Below are positions 20,959 through 32,322 of a stretch of 64,000 nucleotides of DNA, piece by piece; within the stretch, counting starts at the first letter, position 1; every line of letters begins with the position of its first letter. The stretch lies in the NCBI GenBank assembly GCA_051599415.1, contig AP039715.1, forward strand, positions 248,001 through 312,000. Direction: 5' to 3'. The position numbers and the translations under genes are program-made. The DNA comes from Savitreella phatthalungensis (Eukaryota). Below the pieces are notes generated by a model that saw nothing but the letters and a program-made list of their open reading frames with translations, was not told where the DNA came from and made no database searches.

Positions 20959-21387
20959 GGTTTGAAAAATTCACAAAAGAACCATACATGAAGGGAAATT
21001 TGCGTACTGCTCCATGCAGAGAGTGGGTGGAGGACAGACCCAGGCATGTCTATCGCTAGCTGGTCTACACGATCTTGTGACCAGTCGTCGGCTTGACAAA
21101 CCTGACCGTACTGGCGTACTCGCCCGCAAAACTGAATAATTTGCACAGTCAGTCACCCGTTGCCCGTATCCACTCGTCAATCTATTTTGGACTTCCATAT
21201 TCGGGTGAGTCGGTCACCTGAGTCCTGCCATCTCGCCGTTCGCGTGACGTGATGTTTCACCAGAATCCACATCGTCTGATATCCTGTCTGTCAAGTTCAC
21301 AACACCACAAGCGTTTTTTTACCACTCCCTTCCGGTTTGTACGCTGTGTGGTATTTTGGTGAGTGACTGGGAGATCGAAGTCGCGTT

Positions 21388-21771
21388 ATGAGTGATAGCT
21401 TGGTGAAAGATTCGCTGGAACGGCTTATAGAACGACTTCGCTCGATCCGGCGCGATTCGGCTCGACCTGGAAAGTGGGAGCTGCCGCGAAAGGTAGTCAA
21501 GAATGTCGTCACGGGCACTGCGGCCGCTTGTGCCATCTCAACGCTCCCGCCACTGCTCATGCCAAGTGACGCGAATGCAGGGACGAAAGACGATGAGGTG
21601 TATGCACTCCTCGATCACCTGGTTCTGCCAGGTGGAAATGACATTGATCGGGTGATGGACAGCGGTGGCGGGTTGAGTCACGATAAAATGAAGAAGAAGA
21701 AGGAGAAGAAGAAGAGGAAGAAGAGAAAGAAGAAAAGTAAGGTCAGGGTACTCACGATCACCAAACACTAA
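21388..21771 (+). CDS. Hypothetical 127-aa protein with Lys-rich tail (uncertain)
   Basis: ATG-initiated ORF in an otherwise unexplained gap, convergent with GCN3; no family recognised. Confidence 0.35.
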   Translation: MSDSLVKDSLERLIERLRSIRRDSARPGKWELPRKVVKNVVTGTAAACAISTLPPLLMPSDANAGTKDDEVYALLDHLVLPGGNDIDRVMDSGGGLSHDKMKKKKEKKKRKKRKKKSKVRVLTITKH

Positions 21772-21873
21772 TTGCCGAGACTGGTGCTCACACGGACAAC
21801 GGATTGATCGTTAAAAGAGCTTGCTCGTATCGCTCTAAGGGTCTACATACCCTGTAATCTCTGTCTCTCCCGA

Positions 21874-22962
21874 CTAGTACCACAATCGGATCAGCTCTTC
21901 GGAGACGCCTGACATCGGGTTGAGAACGCCCAGGTCGGTGATGAGTCCCGTGATGAGTTGTGGTGGAGTGAGATCTAGTTGCGGGTTGTTGTGAATTTGT
22001 GGGATGTCCATGACGTGGTCGTTCCGGACGTCTGCTGAGGAGGACGTGAGTTTGTGAGTGGATGGGTCGACGGGTCCTGTATTATCGTCTGCAGGGATGC
22101 GCGGTGACGCCGCAGAGGATGCTGAGGGCGGATCTGAGAAAGCGAGCACGGGACCTCGAGTCGGCAGATCGTACTGATTTAGCGGGTAGATCCGAACGAA
22201 CTTGTGTGACTCTGCAACGGCGTAGAATGGCACATTGGCCAGCTTCGCAAGCGACGCCACATTCAGCGTACCCACCTGGTTGATCAGCCCACCATTCTCA
22301 ACCACACCCTCTGCACCCACCAACACCAAGTCGGCCTTCTCCATCGCGTAACCGACAGCCACGTCCAGCAGCATACACGTCGGCACGCCGTGTGATTCGA
22401 GGACGCGCTTCGTCTTCAAGCCTGCACCGTTCGGCCGCGACTCTGTGATGTAGACGCGGAAGCGTTTGTTGTGTCGCGCAGCTCTTGTGAGGACGGCGAG
22501 GACGACGCGGGAGTAGGAGTGGACGAGGATGGTGGAGTCATCCTTGATAAAGTGCGCGCCAAGCTCTGCGATTTTCGAACGAGCTTCCCTCGCACGCTCA
22601 AGGAACAGCTGACCATTGTCAAATAGGTGACGTTTGATTTCTGCAAAGTCGTCAGAGGAGCCGAGCGACCTGAGGACGAACCGCTGGAAGATGTCGCAGC
22701 CGGCGCGAAGCGAGTAGCTGTTTGGCTCCGCCTCTGTCAGGATCTTCTTTCCGAGCTTCACAACGTCTGTGTATTCCTGCGCCGTGGACGAGTTTGTCCG
22801 TCGGAGAACCTCGAGCAATGCGTAGATGGCCGCCAGCGGCATCGTGATCTCAGCATCGTTCTTCAGGATCTCATGGTAAATCTCAAGCACGTCGAAAGAG
22901 CCTGCAGGCGAATCAATCGATGTTGCCACTCGGGATAACCGCCCAGGCCTCTTCATCGTCAT
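21874..22962 (-). CDS. GCN3: Translation initiation factor eIF2B alpha subunit
   Basis: ITMPLAAI, SLRAGCDIFQRF, ILVHSYSRVV, ESRP, VLVGAEGVVENGGLINQVGT, AESHKFVRIYPLNQYDL, ITDLGVL, VSEELI. Confidence 0.95.
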   Translation of the reverse strand: MTMKRPGRLSRVATSIDSPAGSFDVLEIYHEILKNDAEITMPLAAIYALLEVLRRTNSSTAQEYTDVVKLGKKILTEAEPNSYSLRAGCDIFQRFVLRSLGSSDDFAEIKRHLFDNGQLFLERAREARSKIAELGAHFIKDDSTILVHSYSRVVLAVLTRAARHNKRFRVYITESRPNGAGLKTKRVLESHGVPTCMLLDVAVGYAMEKADLVLVGAEGVVENGGLINQVGTLNVASLAKLANVPFYAVAESHKFVRIYPLNQYDLPTRGPVLAFSDPPSASSAASPRIPADDNTGPVDPSTHKLTSSSADVRNDHVMDIPQIHNNPQLDLTPPQLITGLITDLGVLNPMSGVSEELIRLWY

Positions 22963-23610
22963 AGACCAAGAGCACGCAGTGGGAGAAGAGAGACAGACGA
23001 TAGGATTCAGCCAGAAGAAGAGACAGTGAATGTCTTGAGTGCGGAGGAAAGTGCATCTACGTGGATGCCAGTCTACTTGCTCTCACGTGACCTGTAATCC
23101 AGCCACGATCTGAGCCACAGTGCTGTCCCTGCATTTCCTGGCAATTTCGGTCGAGTACAGAAACTTGGCCATGCAGTCTGTGAAATCAGGAGAGGGGTTC
23201 ATCTGCGTAGACAAATAGTATGCTATCTGATGAAATATAATTCTTGAATTTGTACTTAGAAGGAAAATTCCTCCGAGAAATTCCTGAAATAAGCAAACTC
23301 TAATTGGCCTGAGGTCGTATTCTTATGCTTACCTCAGGAAGAACTAGTTGAATTGAGCATAAGTAGTAAGGATTTCTTACTTCTCGATTCAATTGACTAT
23401 CATTTGGTCGCTCTGTCGGTCCAGACTGACACTGAGAGAGAGGAAGAGAGAGTTCTTGCACGAGAGTGAAAGTCTTGCTTGGGTGTCCGGGAGTGATCGC
23501 GCACACTCTGTCTCTACGGCTGAGCAGACCATAGCACAGCAGCGCATTACTTTTACATCAGGCCGACTATCAAGCACATCACCTCTCTCCTCTCTCACAC
23601 ACAGAATAAG

Positions 23611-24285
23611 ATGTCACTCGGTCGGCAGGCACTTAGAACGCTGACGCGGACGAGCACGTCTGCGGTGCGCCCATCTGTCGGAGCTGTGTGCACGACATCT
23701 TCGTCAAGCTTGTTGCAGGAGCGGTCTCAGTCGACGACGAGCATCCCGAACTTTTCATCTTACCGGAAGCGATCTGACGTGGACACCTCCCGCGCGTTCT
23801 CGTACTTCATGACTGGCACGTACGGTGTGCTGTTTGCGGTTGCTGCGCAGGCGACCGTGACCGACTGGCTTGTGAACATGAGTGCTAGTGCTGACGTGCT
23901 TGCGATGGCCAAGGTCGAGGTCGACCTTGCGTCTATCCCCGAGGGCAAGAACGTGATCATCAAGTGGCGAGGCAAGCCCGTGTTCATCCGTCACCGGACC
24001 CAGTCTGAGATTGACGAGGCGAACGAGGTCGACCTCAAGTCGCTCCGTGACCCGCAGAAGGACGAGGACCGGGTCCAGAAGCCAGACTGGCTTGTCATGA
24101 TCGGTGTCTGCACACACCTGGGATGTGTGCCGATCGGCGAGGCAGGAGACTTTGGAGGATGGTTCTGCCCCTGCCACGGCTCCCACTACGACATCTCTGG
24201 AAGAATCCGCAAGGGTCCTGCACCCCTCAACCTCGAGATCCCAGCCTACGATTTCTCTGAGGACGGCAAGCTCGTCGTTGGTTAA
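23611..24285 (+). CDS. RIP1: Cytochrome bc1 Rieske iron-sulfur subunit, mitochondrial precursor
   Basis: Arg/Ser-rich presequence, [55 protein letters not shown]. Confidence 0.98.
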   Translation: MSLGRQALRTLTRTSTSAVRPSVGAVCTTSSSSLLQERSQSTTSIPNFSSYRKRSDVDTSRAFSYFMTGTYGVLFAVAAQATVTDWLVNMSASADVLAMAKVEVDLASIPEGKNVIIKWRGKPVFIRHRTQSEIDEANEVDLKSLRDPQKDEDRVQKPDWLVMIGVCTHLGCVPIGEAGDFGGWFCPCHGSHYDISGRIRKGPAPLNLEIPAYDFSEDGKLVVG

Positions 24286-24679
24286 ATCATCTTCTCCCAC
24301 ACACACACACACATCACATCTACAGACGGAATAGCGAACTACCACATACGCACACAGTCTACAAACCACACTCATTCACATAGAATTCCAAAAAAAGTTC
24401 AAGGTATTGAGATAGCAGCAGCAGACCATCTACTTACTAGCTCGCTCGAAACGATGCTCATTAGGATTCAACTTTGTACAGACTGTTGCGGGATTGTAGG
24501 TGAGATCAGACGACTCGCGGATATTTTGTCTGTTGATCTCTAGCTCAAATAGGCCTGCTGTCTGAATGAACAAGCCGATTTTTTGCTCTTGTGGTTTGTC
24601 TTGTCTTGTCGTTTGAATGATTAGGACGACTCGAAAGTGTATCGCTCTCTGTTGTCCGTTTCTTCCCTCCTTGACCGAT

Positions 24680-25742
24680 CTAGAGGAAATAGTCTGGCGT
24701 TCTCCTCGTGACCATCGGTTCACCGTTTCTTGGCGCAGGGTCGAATTGGAGGAAAGTGTACTTCATGTGCTCGTCGATTTCCATGATGGCTGCCTGGTTG
24801 CCGCACCTGTAGCAGTAGTTTGGTGCTGAGAAGATGGTGACGACGTTCTGCTCCTGCGACCAGTTGTAGCCTTCCATGACGAGCTGGTGAGCACGCGCGA
24901 CCAGGGTCAGGCCGTTGTTGTGGTTGAACGCTTCCGAGATGTCCTGGCCGAAGGTGTAGCCTGCACCACGAGGTGAAATGCCCCAACCGCACCGGTCGTC
25001 GGGGTCAGACCACAACAGATCACACATCGGTCCTTCGTGCGGTACCTCTTGAATGCGGTCGAGTGAACGAATGTGGTCAAGCGTGTCAATCGATGGGGAA
25101 AGACCGCCGTGGAGGCAGAAGATCCGGTCGTCAATCAGAGCGGTGAGTGGAAGGAAGTCAAAGAGATCTGTGAAGAATTTCCACACGCTCGCATTACCGT
25201 ACTTGCGCAAGCATTCGTCGTAGAAGCCGTAGACCTGCGTGATCTGCCGGGACTCGTGGTTGCCGCGGAGGATGGTGATCCGTTCGCGATACCGAACCTT
25301 GAGGGCCACGAGCAAAGTGACGGTCTCGACAGAGTAGTAGCCACGGTCTACGTAATCACCCATGAACAGGTAATTTGTGTCTGGTGATCGGCCTCCGATC
25401 TTGAATAGTTCCTGGAGATCGTGGAATTGTCCGTGAATGTCACCGCAGACTGTGACGGGTGATCTGACTGCCTGGACGTTGCTCTCCTGCTGGAGAATCT
25501 CACGTGCCTTCTCGCAGAGCCGCTTGACGTCTGCCTCGGAGAGCTGTTTACAGGCCATGAGTTGCTCGATCCATCCGTCCACGTCTGCAACATTCGAGGG
25601 GGATGAGCTGTCAAAGACGCTGCCGCCGCTCGACAGGAGGGATTCATCGAGCATATTGACTAAGGAAGAACAGGTCAGTATATTTGCACGAGGAATCGAT
25701 GATGCAGGAAGCGGGGAACGTATTGGACATACCGTCTTCCAT
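24680..25742 (-). CDS. PPH21: PP2A catalytic subunit; two exons (25742-25733 and 25659-24680), intron 25660-25732
   Basis: [29 protein letters not shown] and C-terminal TPDYFL. The intron GTATGT...TACTGAC...TAG joins ATGGAAGACG in frame (MEDVNMLDE). Confidence 0.95.
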
Positions 25743-27379
25743 GATTGTCCGATGTGCGTGATGCCGGTCGTTTCGTTAGCGTCGTGCGATTATAGCGTGT
25801 GTCGTGGCAACAATCTAGATAGGGGTGGACGATGGCTAGATGCGTGTATGACGGGGTGGTTTGGTGATTGTCAAGACAGCGAACAGAATGAACCTAAGAG
25901 TCGATTGATTGCGATCAACGAGAAGTTGCAGAGGTTCCGCAATCTTGAGTCAAGTGAATGTCGCGCTTCGAAGAATATGAGACGAGACGAGTCGAGATGA
26001 GATAAGTTGCGTCGACCGAATGAGAATAGACGGGAGGCGATAGCGTGAATGCTTTTTCTATATTTGTCGCCGATTTGTTCCCCTTCTCGCAACTGCTGCT
26101 CTCGTCACTTTAATCGTTGGACGTGATAATTTGGTTGCTGGTCTTTCGAACCTTTGTGAGGATGAAGAGCTTGTGGTCTGTGTGGTATGGTCTGGAGGAT
26201 GGAGAGGAGGATTTGGATGGATCGCCTGTTGGTTGGTTGGTTGCTTGCTATGATGCAGTGGAGTATAGAAATCGAGTCAAGTGAATACTGTACTCAGTCT
26301 GGCAGGCAGGTGGTAGGCAGGTGGTAGGCAGGTAGTGTGCGCACTCGCTACTTTCACATACACACATTCACTTTCAGATTCATTTTCAGCTTGGGTAGTC
26401 AGTCATTCGATTCGCTCACTCGAGCCATTCGCTAGTTCTTCAGTTCGTCACTCGTGAATCTAAAAGTCCTGCATGGGACCGCAGCTGAGCAGTGAATGCG
26501 AATCATGGAAATAAGCCTGTGGAGTATAGTACAATATCGAGTTCTGAATTGATAATTTAATTCAGATAAGGAGAGTTCGATTCTATCATCATCACTATAT
26601 ATAGTCTTATCATCACTAGCTGAGCCAGTCTATTTCCTGATCATATTGGATGATATACTGCATGTTGAACAGTTGACATCAGCTATTCGCACAATTGTAT
26701 CATGTATTCCGGATCTGGCAGAGAGAAACCGAATGAATTTTTGCATCAATTCTTATATATATGGCTTATATATGGCTACCAGATAGATCATGCCTCTCTG
26801 AGTGTCAAGCTTCACGTGCAAGTAGAAAATCGAAATATATTTCAAGGTGCGCGCAGGCCAGACCGCTCCATAAAGCTGATTGACCATGATCAAGATCGAG
26901 TAAATTGATAGGATCAATTTAATTGAAGCTGAAATTATTATGTGAGATCTTTGGCCAGATCATTCATTAGCAAGTGGCTGGCTAATCATAGAACTCGTGC
27001 TCTTGAGCGAGTTCAGCCAAAATTGGATTGAAATTATTTACTATGCACCACTGTACTTTTAATTGACGAGATGCAAAGATATCAGTAAGCTTGTATTGAT
27101 GTAGTTCTTGCGCAGGAGATTCTTCGTCGGTGTATCTGATTGAGTAAATTATAGATATAGTGATTGATTGAATGGTTGCTATGTATGAATTTCTCTTTTG
27201 TTGCTCTCAATCGTGTATTGCTAGCTGAGCTGAACGATTCAAGTGCGTCGTGCTGTCGCCAAATCAATTCAATCGCGCGCTTCCTATTTCTCCACTCACT
27301 CACTCATCCACCACACCCACAAACCACAACACTGCAGCCAGCCAGGATACACGCGCGTCCCCAATCGCCCGCTCATACC

Positions 27380-27412
<33 letters not shown>

Positions 27413-27434
27413 GCGCGCGCGCATACACACACAC
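27380..27434. repeat. (CA)n/(CG)n alternating purine-pyrimidine microsatellite
   Basis: Unbroken alternation: cacata(ca)n, then (cg)n, then cata(ca)n. Confidence 0.9.
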
Positions 27435-27742
27435 TCTCACACACGATACACCCTACACACTAGCACTCACACTCACCCATATACACTCACCATCACACCT
27501 CTGTAGCTGTACACAGCTCTCACAAGCAGCTCGAGCGTAAACGATTCAGGAGCGATCGATTGGGCGCAAGGACAGACTGTAGATGAGAATCTGAATCTCA
27601 GTCGCAGATCACACAATAACAATTAATCAATCACAACAACAACCTAGCGCAATTCACCATTAGCGCTGTCCACCAAAAGTCCTAGCCATACCGTCTCCTT
27701 CTCCCTTGGATAAACGATAAATATCAACAGAAACGCTCGACG

Positions 27743-28963
27743 ATGCCACCGAAAAAGCCAACCGCGGCAAGATTGCGCGACCTCCCAAAGGAAAAGAATG
27801 AGCTCATGCTGAAAGAGACATCCTCAGATGTTCTTGCAACCAAATGTAGAGTCCAAGATGTGCGCTTCAACCGTGCAGACGGCGTAGAGCAACACGTCGA
27901 GACATTCGTCCGTATTAAGACACAGCGACCAAACATGGAAACACCTCATTTCATCATGCGGAAGGCAGTCGACGACTACGTCAGCGCCACATCCATGTTC
28001 CGTGCAGTCTTTTATCTGGCAGACACCGCTCAGGAGCGCCTAGAGATGACAAAGGTTGCCAAGGACCTTGGTGGCAGATCTGACAGCTTCGCTTCAGGCA
28101 CCTGGGTCTCTAGCAAGGATGCACTTACACTTGCAGACCTCTATGGTATCCGCCCCTGGATCGAGGCCCTTCTCGCAGCACCAGCGGCCAAGTCTGCAGG
28201 TGGCGCGAGTCCACCAACCACCGCCGACAACCCTTCACTCGTACAGTCACCCCCAGTCAGCGCCGGGACTGGCGCACCTGCCAATGTTCCTCAGCCCGCC
28301 ATCGCACCAGCACCTGCCATTGAACCATCGGCTGCCACGCCAGCGGACAAGCCAAAGGCAGCACCGGCTACGGCCCCCAAGCGTGGTCGCTCGCCGACGC
28401 GCAAAGTTTCAACAGTAAGTCCAGCCAAGGCAGCGTCCTCGAAGGCGCAGCCGAAATCCGCTGGTGCTGGCTCATCTATTCCCGCTGCCGCCGGCACAAA
28501 CCTCACAACAAGCGCTGGATCACTAGCAAGCCAATCAAATGCTCCTACGTCCTCCTCATCCGCCCAAGAGTCTTCGGCCAGCGACATGATGGCAAAGGCA
28601 CGTGCCGACGTTGCTGCTGCTCAGAAGAAGGAAGCCGAAAATCTACTTGCTAATGGATTCGCACAATCCCCCGTCTCCTCATCGGGCAGCACGGGCGCTA
28701 CAGAGAAACCTACAGCTGTGGCCAAAACCCCCCGGCGGAAGCGCGCTCGACCTGCTGACGATGACGACGTCAATGGCGCCGTAGCAGCCACATCAGCCGC
28801 AGGAGCACCGTCATCAGCTCTATCGCCAGGCCAGCCACCGGCAAAGCGAACCCGGGTTGCAGAACTCGAAGTCCAGGTCGCTCGCGAGCGCAGAAAAGTG
28901 AGAGCTCTATTCGGCCTCGTCCTAGGTCTGTCTGCGACGGCAGTCTTGCCTTATGTATTGTAG
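27743..28963 (+). CDS. bqt4: Bqt4-like APSES/KilA-N domain protein with C-terminal transmembrane anchor
   Basis: HFIMRKAVDDYVSATSMFRAVF, EMTKV, GTWVSSKDALTLADLYGIRPWIEALL; disordered linker; tail anchor RALFGLVLGLSATAVLPY. Confidence 0.8.
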   Translation: MPPKKPTAARLRDLPKEKNELMLKETSSDVLATKCRVQDVRFNRADGVEQHVETFVRIKTQRPNMETPHFIMRKAVDDYVSATSMFRAVFYLADTAQERLEMTKVAKDLGGRSDSFASGTWVSSKDALTLADLYGIRPWIEALLAAPAAKSAGGASPPTTADNPSLVQSPPVSAGTGAPANVPQPAIAPAPAIEPSAATPADKPKAAPATAPKRGRSPTRKVSTVSPAKAASSKAQPKSAGAGSSIPAAAGTNLTTSAGSLASQSNAPTSSSSAQESSASDMMAKARADVAAAQKKEAENLLANGFAQSPVSSSGSTGATEKPTAVAKTPRRKRARPADDDDVNGAVAATSAAGAPSSALSPGQPPAKRTRVAELEVQVARERRKVRALFGLVLGLSATAVLPYVL

Positions 28964-29036
28964 TCTTTCACCTTCTCCTCCCTCTTCTTAAAACCTCCCT
29001 TCCACATTGTCCATGCTTGTCACCTTCACCCAGCCC

Positions 29037-29531
29037 TCAAACGTCCAACCCGTGTACAGCGCTAGCAAGCGCCACCGCACTCTCCAGGTCCATCGGATTC
29101 AGCGGCATGCCAGAATTTCCATACTGCACGATCGATGACACGCGTGTGCGGAGTGTCAGCCTTCGAACTTCCACCAGCTCGCCTTCATCCTCGCCTTCGT
29201 CTTCGTCGCCGCCTTCACCATCCCCACGCTCCCCTGCTCTGTCATGCCTGGTGGCGGTGGTAGTGTGGGCGGTCGACGCTGCGTAAACCCCGACAGCGTA
29301 CCCTTCCGGAATCACCATCTGCTTGCCATGCAGATGCCGACCCCGCAGCCACGCCTCCGTGCACGCCTCCCCACCGACCTCGCAAGCGCGCTCTCCCAGC
29401 TTAGACGCGATACCACCGCACTCCACAGTCCCAGTCACCCGGCATGGCAACAGTCGAAGTGTCTCACGACCGGAAGCGTTATCCCCACCACTCCCACCGA
29501 TCACGTCGATTCGTCGATCTCCCGCCATCAC
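29037..29531 (-). CDS. RNH203: Ribonuclease H2 non-catalytic subunit C
   Basis: LRLLPCRV, EAWLRGRHLHG...IPEGYAVGVY, C-terminal LASAVH pattern of RNASEH2C. Confidence 0.75.
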   Translation of the reverse strand: MMAGDRRIDVIGGSGGDNASGRETLRLLPCRVTGTVECGGIASKLGERACEVGGEACTEAWLRGRHLHGKQMVIPEGYAVGVYAASTAHTTTATRHDRAGERGDGEGGDEDEGEDEGELVEVRRLTLRTRVSSIVQYGNSGMPLNPMDLESAVALASAVHGLDV

Positions 29532-29638
29532 CCCTAGTATGACACTTCCTCATTCCTCCAGAAACAGGCGCGTCTTTTCGTGATGTCTGATTTCAGGATT
29601 GTGAATCATATACCGTACTGTGTCTAAGATCAGCCCAA

Positions 29639-29740
29639 GGCCGTGTGGTATAGTGGTATTACGCATCATTAGGGCTGCGCCAAATCGCTGGCAAAGATCT
29701 GATGTTGATGAAATCCTCGGTTCGATCCCGGGCTCGGCCC
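29639..29740 (+). tRNA. tRNA-Pro(AGG) with a 30-nt intron (29675-29704)
   Basis: Acceptor GGCCGTG/CTCGGCC+C73, A-box TGGTATAGTGG, anticodon arm CATCA-TTAGGG[intron]T-TGATG, T-arm CTCGG-TTCGATC-CCGGG; T-runs immediately downstream. Confidence 0.9.
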
Positions 29741-29928
29741 TTTTCTTTTTTTCCGGCCCTTTTCTTTTTTTTCTTTGCTGGAAAAAGACATTCTTCACTT
29801 TTTCCTCTTCTGGACATCTTCCTGACCCCACACACCCCACCCTCCCACTACCACCCCTACACACTCCCTCGAAGGACACACGTCCCGCACTCCCACTACG
29901 ACCCACGCACACTTCCTCGAAGCGATCC

Positions 29929-30435
29929 ATGTCTAGAGACCGCGTACGGGTGGAAGTGGTGTCGCTTCGGGGAATCGCTCCGGAGGAATTATCGTTCGAT
30001 GCGTGGGATGCGCTGTGGGTCGGGTACTTGGAGTTCTACAAGACGTCTCTGCCGGAAGCCACTCGGCGTGAGACATTTGCCAGGCTGACCGAGCGTACAA
30101 CAGACAAAGACGCCATCCACGGACTGCTCGCGAGAGATCCAACCACCTGCGAACCACTCGGCATCGCACACTACCTCTTCCATAAATCTACCTGGCACAC
30201 AGACACCGTCTGCTACCTGAACGACCTGTTCACAAAGGCCGGCGTGCGCGGCCGCGGGGTCGGTAGAGCTCTGATTGATGGTGTCCGGTCAGCGTGTGAT
30301 GTGGTGAACGAAGAGGGTGAACACAAAGTCCGCAGACTGTACTGGTCCACCCAGCAGATGAATCAGACTGCCAGGAAACTCTACGACACGTATGCCTATC
30401 CTGAGTTCATCCAGTATCGGATAAATCTACCATAG
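29929..30435 (+). CDS. GNAT N-acetyltransferase (Hpa2/Hpa3-like)
   Basis: WDALWVGYLEFY, GIAHYLFHKSTW..VCYLNDLF, acetyl-CoA motif RGRGVG, RLYWSTQ..NQTARKLYD. First ATG at 29929. Confidence 0.88.
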   Translation: MSRDRVRVEVVSLRGIAPEELSFDAWDALWVGYLEFYKTSLPEATRRETFARLTERTTDKDAIHGLLARDPTTCEPLGIAHYLFHKSTWHTDTVCYLNDLFTKAGVRGRGVGRALIDGVRSACDVVNEEGEHKVRRLYWSTQQMNQTARKLYDTYAYPEFIQYRINLP

Positions 30436-30498
30436 CACTTGCTCGCACATTCTGTTCTACTATTATAACATAAGTGACAACCTCCTTTGGTATCTACA

Positions 30499-32322
30499 CT
30501 AGCTGTCAGAAGACCGCCGACTCAAACGCATCGCCGACTGCGATCGAGGTAGGCCGTTAGCTGTGGCTTGGCCTAGCTCGATGTCGGTGTTTGGGTCTGG
30601 TATGGTGTTGTTGTTGTTGATTGGCTCGTAGAAGGCTTCGCCTCTGGCGCCCATGACCTTCCTGCGCTGTGGGCCGAAGAGGTTGCTGATAAGGCCTGTG
30701 GGAAGTAATCTGCGTACTGCAGAGCGCTTGCCGAAGAAGATGCCCAAGAGGAGGCACAGGATGATGCCCCAGAACCCAATGAACCCCCACCCGTGTCCAC
30801 GACCCGCAATACCACGACCACCAGCAATCAGACGCTGCCCAGGCATCGTCTCAAATGTATCATGTCCATACCCAAGCGATCCATACCCGACTGTCAGGGT
30901 ATCCCTGCCAGCGACGTCCGCAGATGCCAGCAGAACCGCCTGCCCTAGCGTCCAGCTGACTTCCGTCCCCTCGAGGGACTCTGCAGAGTTGAACGCGCCG
31001 TCGTACCCGAGTTTCTTGGCTCCCTGCTTGAGTGCGTCTGTGCCGGTACCCTTTTTGGGCTCGCCTGTGTCTTGGTCGATTGGTTCCGGGTCGAGGTGTG
31101 TGGGGTCCTTGCCAAGGCGGGGGACGCCGATGCCGTCGTGGAGGACGTTCATGATCCAGGCTGCCTTGAAACAGACGTCGGCAAGCTTGCCGCGCTTGAC
31201 ATCCGCACCGTACTTGCCGGCGGCCAAGTCAGCCTCGATGTCCGGCCAGTCGCGCGCACAGAAGGTCGAGACGGCGTGGGAGAGCGTGTTGTAATCGTAT
31301 GCGCCACCGAGCCCAAAGATGTCCTCGGCAGAGTAGTAGTACTCGCTGATACCGATAAAGTGGTTGATGTCAAAGTCGATCGCAGGCACGTGAACACCGG
31401 CAAACAGGCACGGTGCATCAGGGCAAGGCATCTCCTTGTCCAGCAACGGTTCTAACCGTGTCAGGCACTCTGTAAGCGACCCAGTCCCGACAACTGTCTT
31501 CCCACCTTCCGTCTGCTCGAGACCACGCGGCAGGCACGGATCAGACCCGCCCGTCAACGCTTCGAGGTACCGCCGGCGGGCCTCGTTCGCGCCAAATCCG
31601 AGCCACGTCGTCACAAACACTCGCCACTGCTTCGTGTCGCCCGACAGGGTTCGCAGTCTGAGTAGCTGCAAGTCGTCTGCATGCTTGGCTGCCTCTGATG
31701 GTGTGGGCGCAAATGCAATCTGGGCAGACGCACCACCCATGTCGAGGAAACCCCAGGTGTGGGCGTGGCTGTCGGAAGGCTTGTCAAAGCCGCCTAGCAA
31801 GTAGTTGATCGCCATCCAGCCGAACAACCCTTCTGTCTCGCCGGAGATGATAGAGAAGTGTTTCCGGCACTCGCCAATCGCAAAGTCGCTGTGCTCTTTC
31901 GCATACCTGCATGCCTCCGCCATCAAGGCATCCCGCTTGGATTCCTCGACAAGGCGCATACCGGCGGTCGCCATCAGGTAGAAAGGTGTCTGTGAGTGAA
32001 GATGCTCGGGGACGACTTCCTTTGCGTGCTTCAACAGATCCTTGATGTGTTTCTTCCCGACATGATCAACGTCGTCTGCGAAAGTCGAGATCCCAGGCTT
32101 GAACTTCCGCATCCATCCGACACCGTCCTCCGTACCCTTCTCCACTCGTGGCAGCGCGTCAAACTCAGCCGCACCAGAAACCTCTGCCAGCGCAACAGCA
32201 TTGTCCTTCCAGCTATAAACCTGGACTCGCGACCCTGAACTACCAGCATCGACAATCACAGCGTACTTGCGGTCATTATACCAGCCTGGAACGGGCGCGC
32301 GTCTCTCCAAATCAAGCGCCAT
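30499..32322 (-). CDS. YND1: Golgi apyrase (GDA1/CD39 family) with C-terminal transmembrane helix
   Basis: Apyrase conserved regions VDAGSSGSRV, MATAGMR, ISGETEGLFGW, LDMGGASAQ, SWTLG; one TM near the C-terminus. Confidence 0.9.
   Translation of the reverse strand: MALDLERRAPVPGWYNDRKYAVIVDAGSSGSRVQVYSWKDNAVALAEVSGAAEFDALPRVEKGTEDGVGWMRKFKPGISTFADDVDHVGKKHIKDLLKHAKEVVPEHLHSQTPFYLMATAGMRLVEESKRDALMAEACRYAKEHSDFAIGECRKHFSIISGETEGLFGWMAINYLLGGFDKPSDSHAHTWGFLDMGGASAQIAFAPTPSEAAKHADDLQLLRLRTLSGDTKQWRVFVTTWLGFGANEARRRYLEALTGGSDPCLPRGLEQTEGGKTVVGTGSLTECLTRLEPLLDKEMPCPDAPCLFAGVHVPAIDFDINHFIGISEYYYSAEDIFGLGGAYDYNTLSHAVSTFCARDWPDIEADLAAGKYGADVKRGKLADVCFKAAWIMNVLHDGIGVPRLGKDPTHLDPEPIDQDTGEPKKGTGTDALKQGAKKLGYDGAFNSAESLEGTEVSWTLGQAVLLASADVAGRDTLTVGYGSLGYGHDTFETMPGQRLIAGGRGIAGRGHGWGFIGFWGIILCLLLGIFFGKRSAVRRLLPTGLISNLFGPQRRKVMGARGEAFYEPINNNNTIPDPNTDIELGQATANGLPRSQSAMRLSRRSSDS

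Noticed and set aside
21388..21771. Assignment of the small ORF as Mediator subunit Med19/Rox3
   Set aside because: Only PGK and a Lys-rich tail are reminiscent; the characteristic L..LYGL and RKSY motifs are missing.
29620..29928. N-terminal extension of the GNAT ORF shown in the track (GTG start)
   Set aside because: It runs through the tRNA-Pro gene and its poly-T terminator; the real start is ATG 29929.
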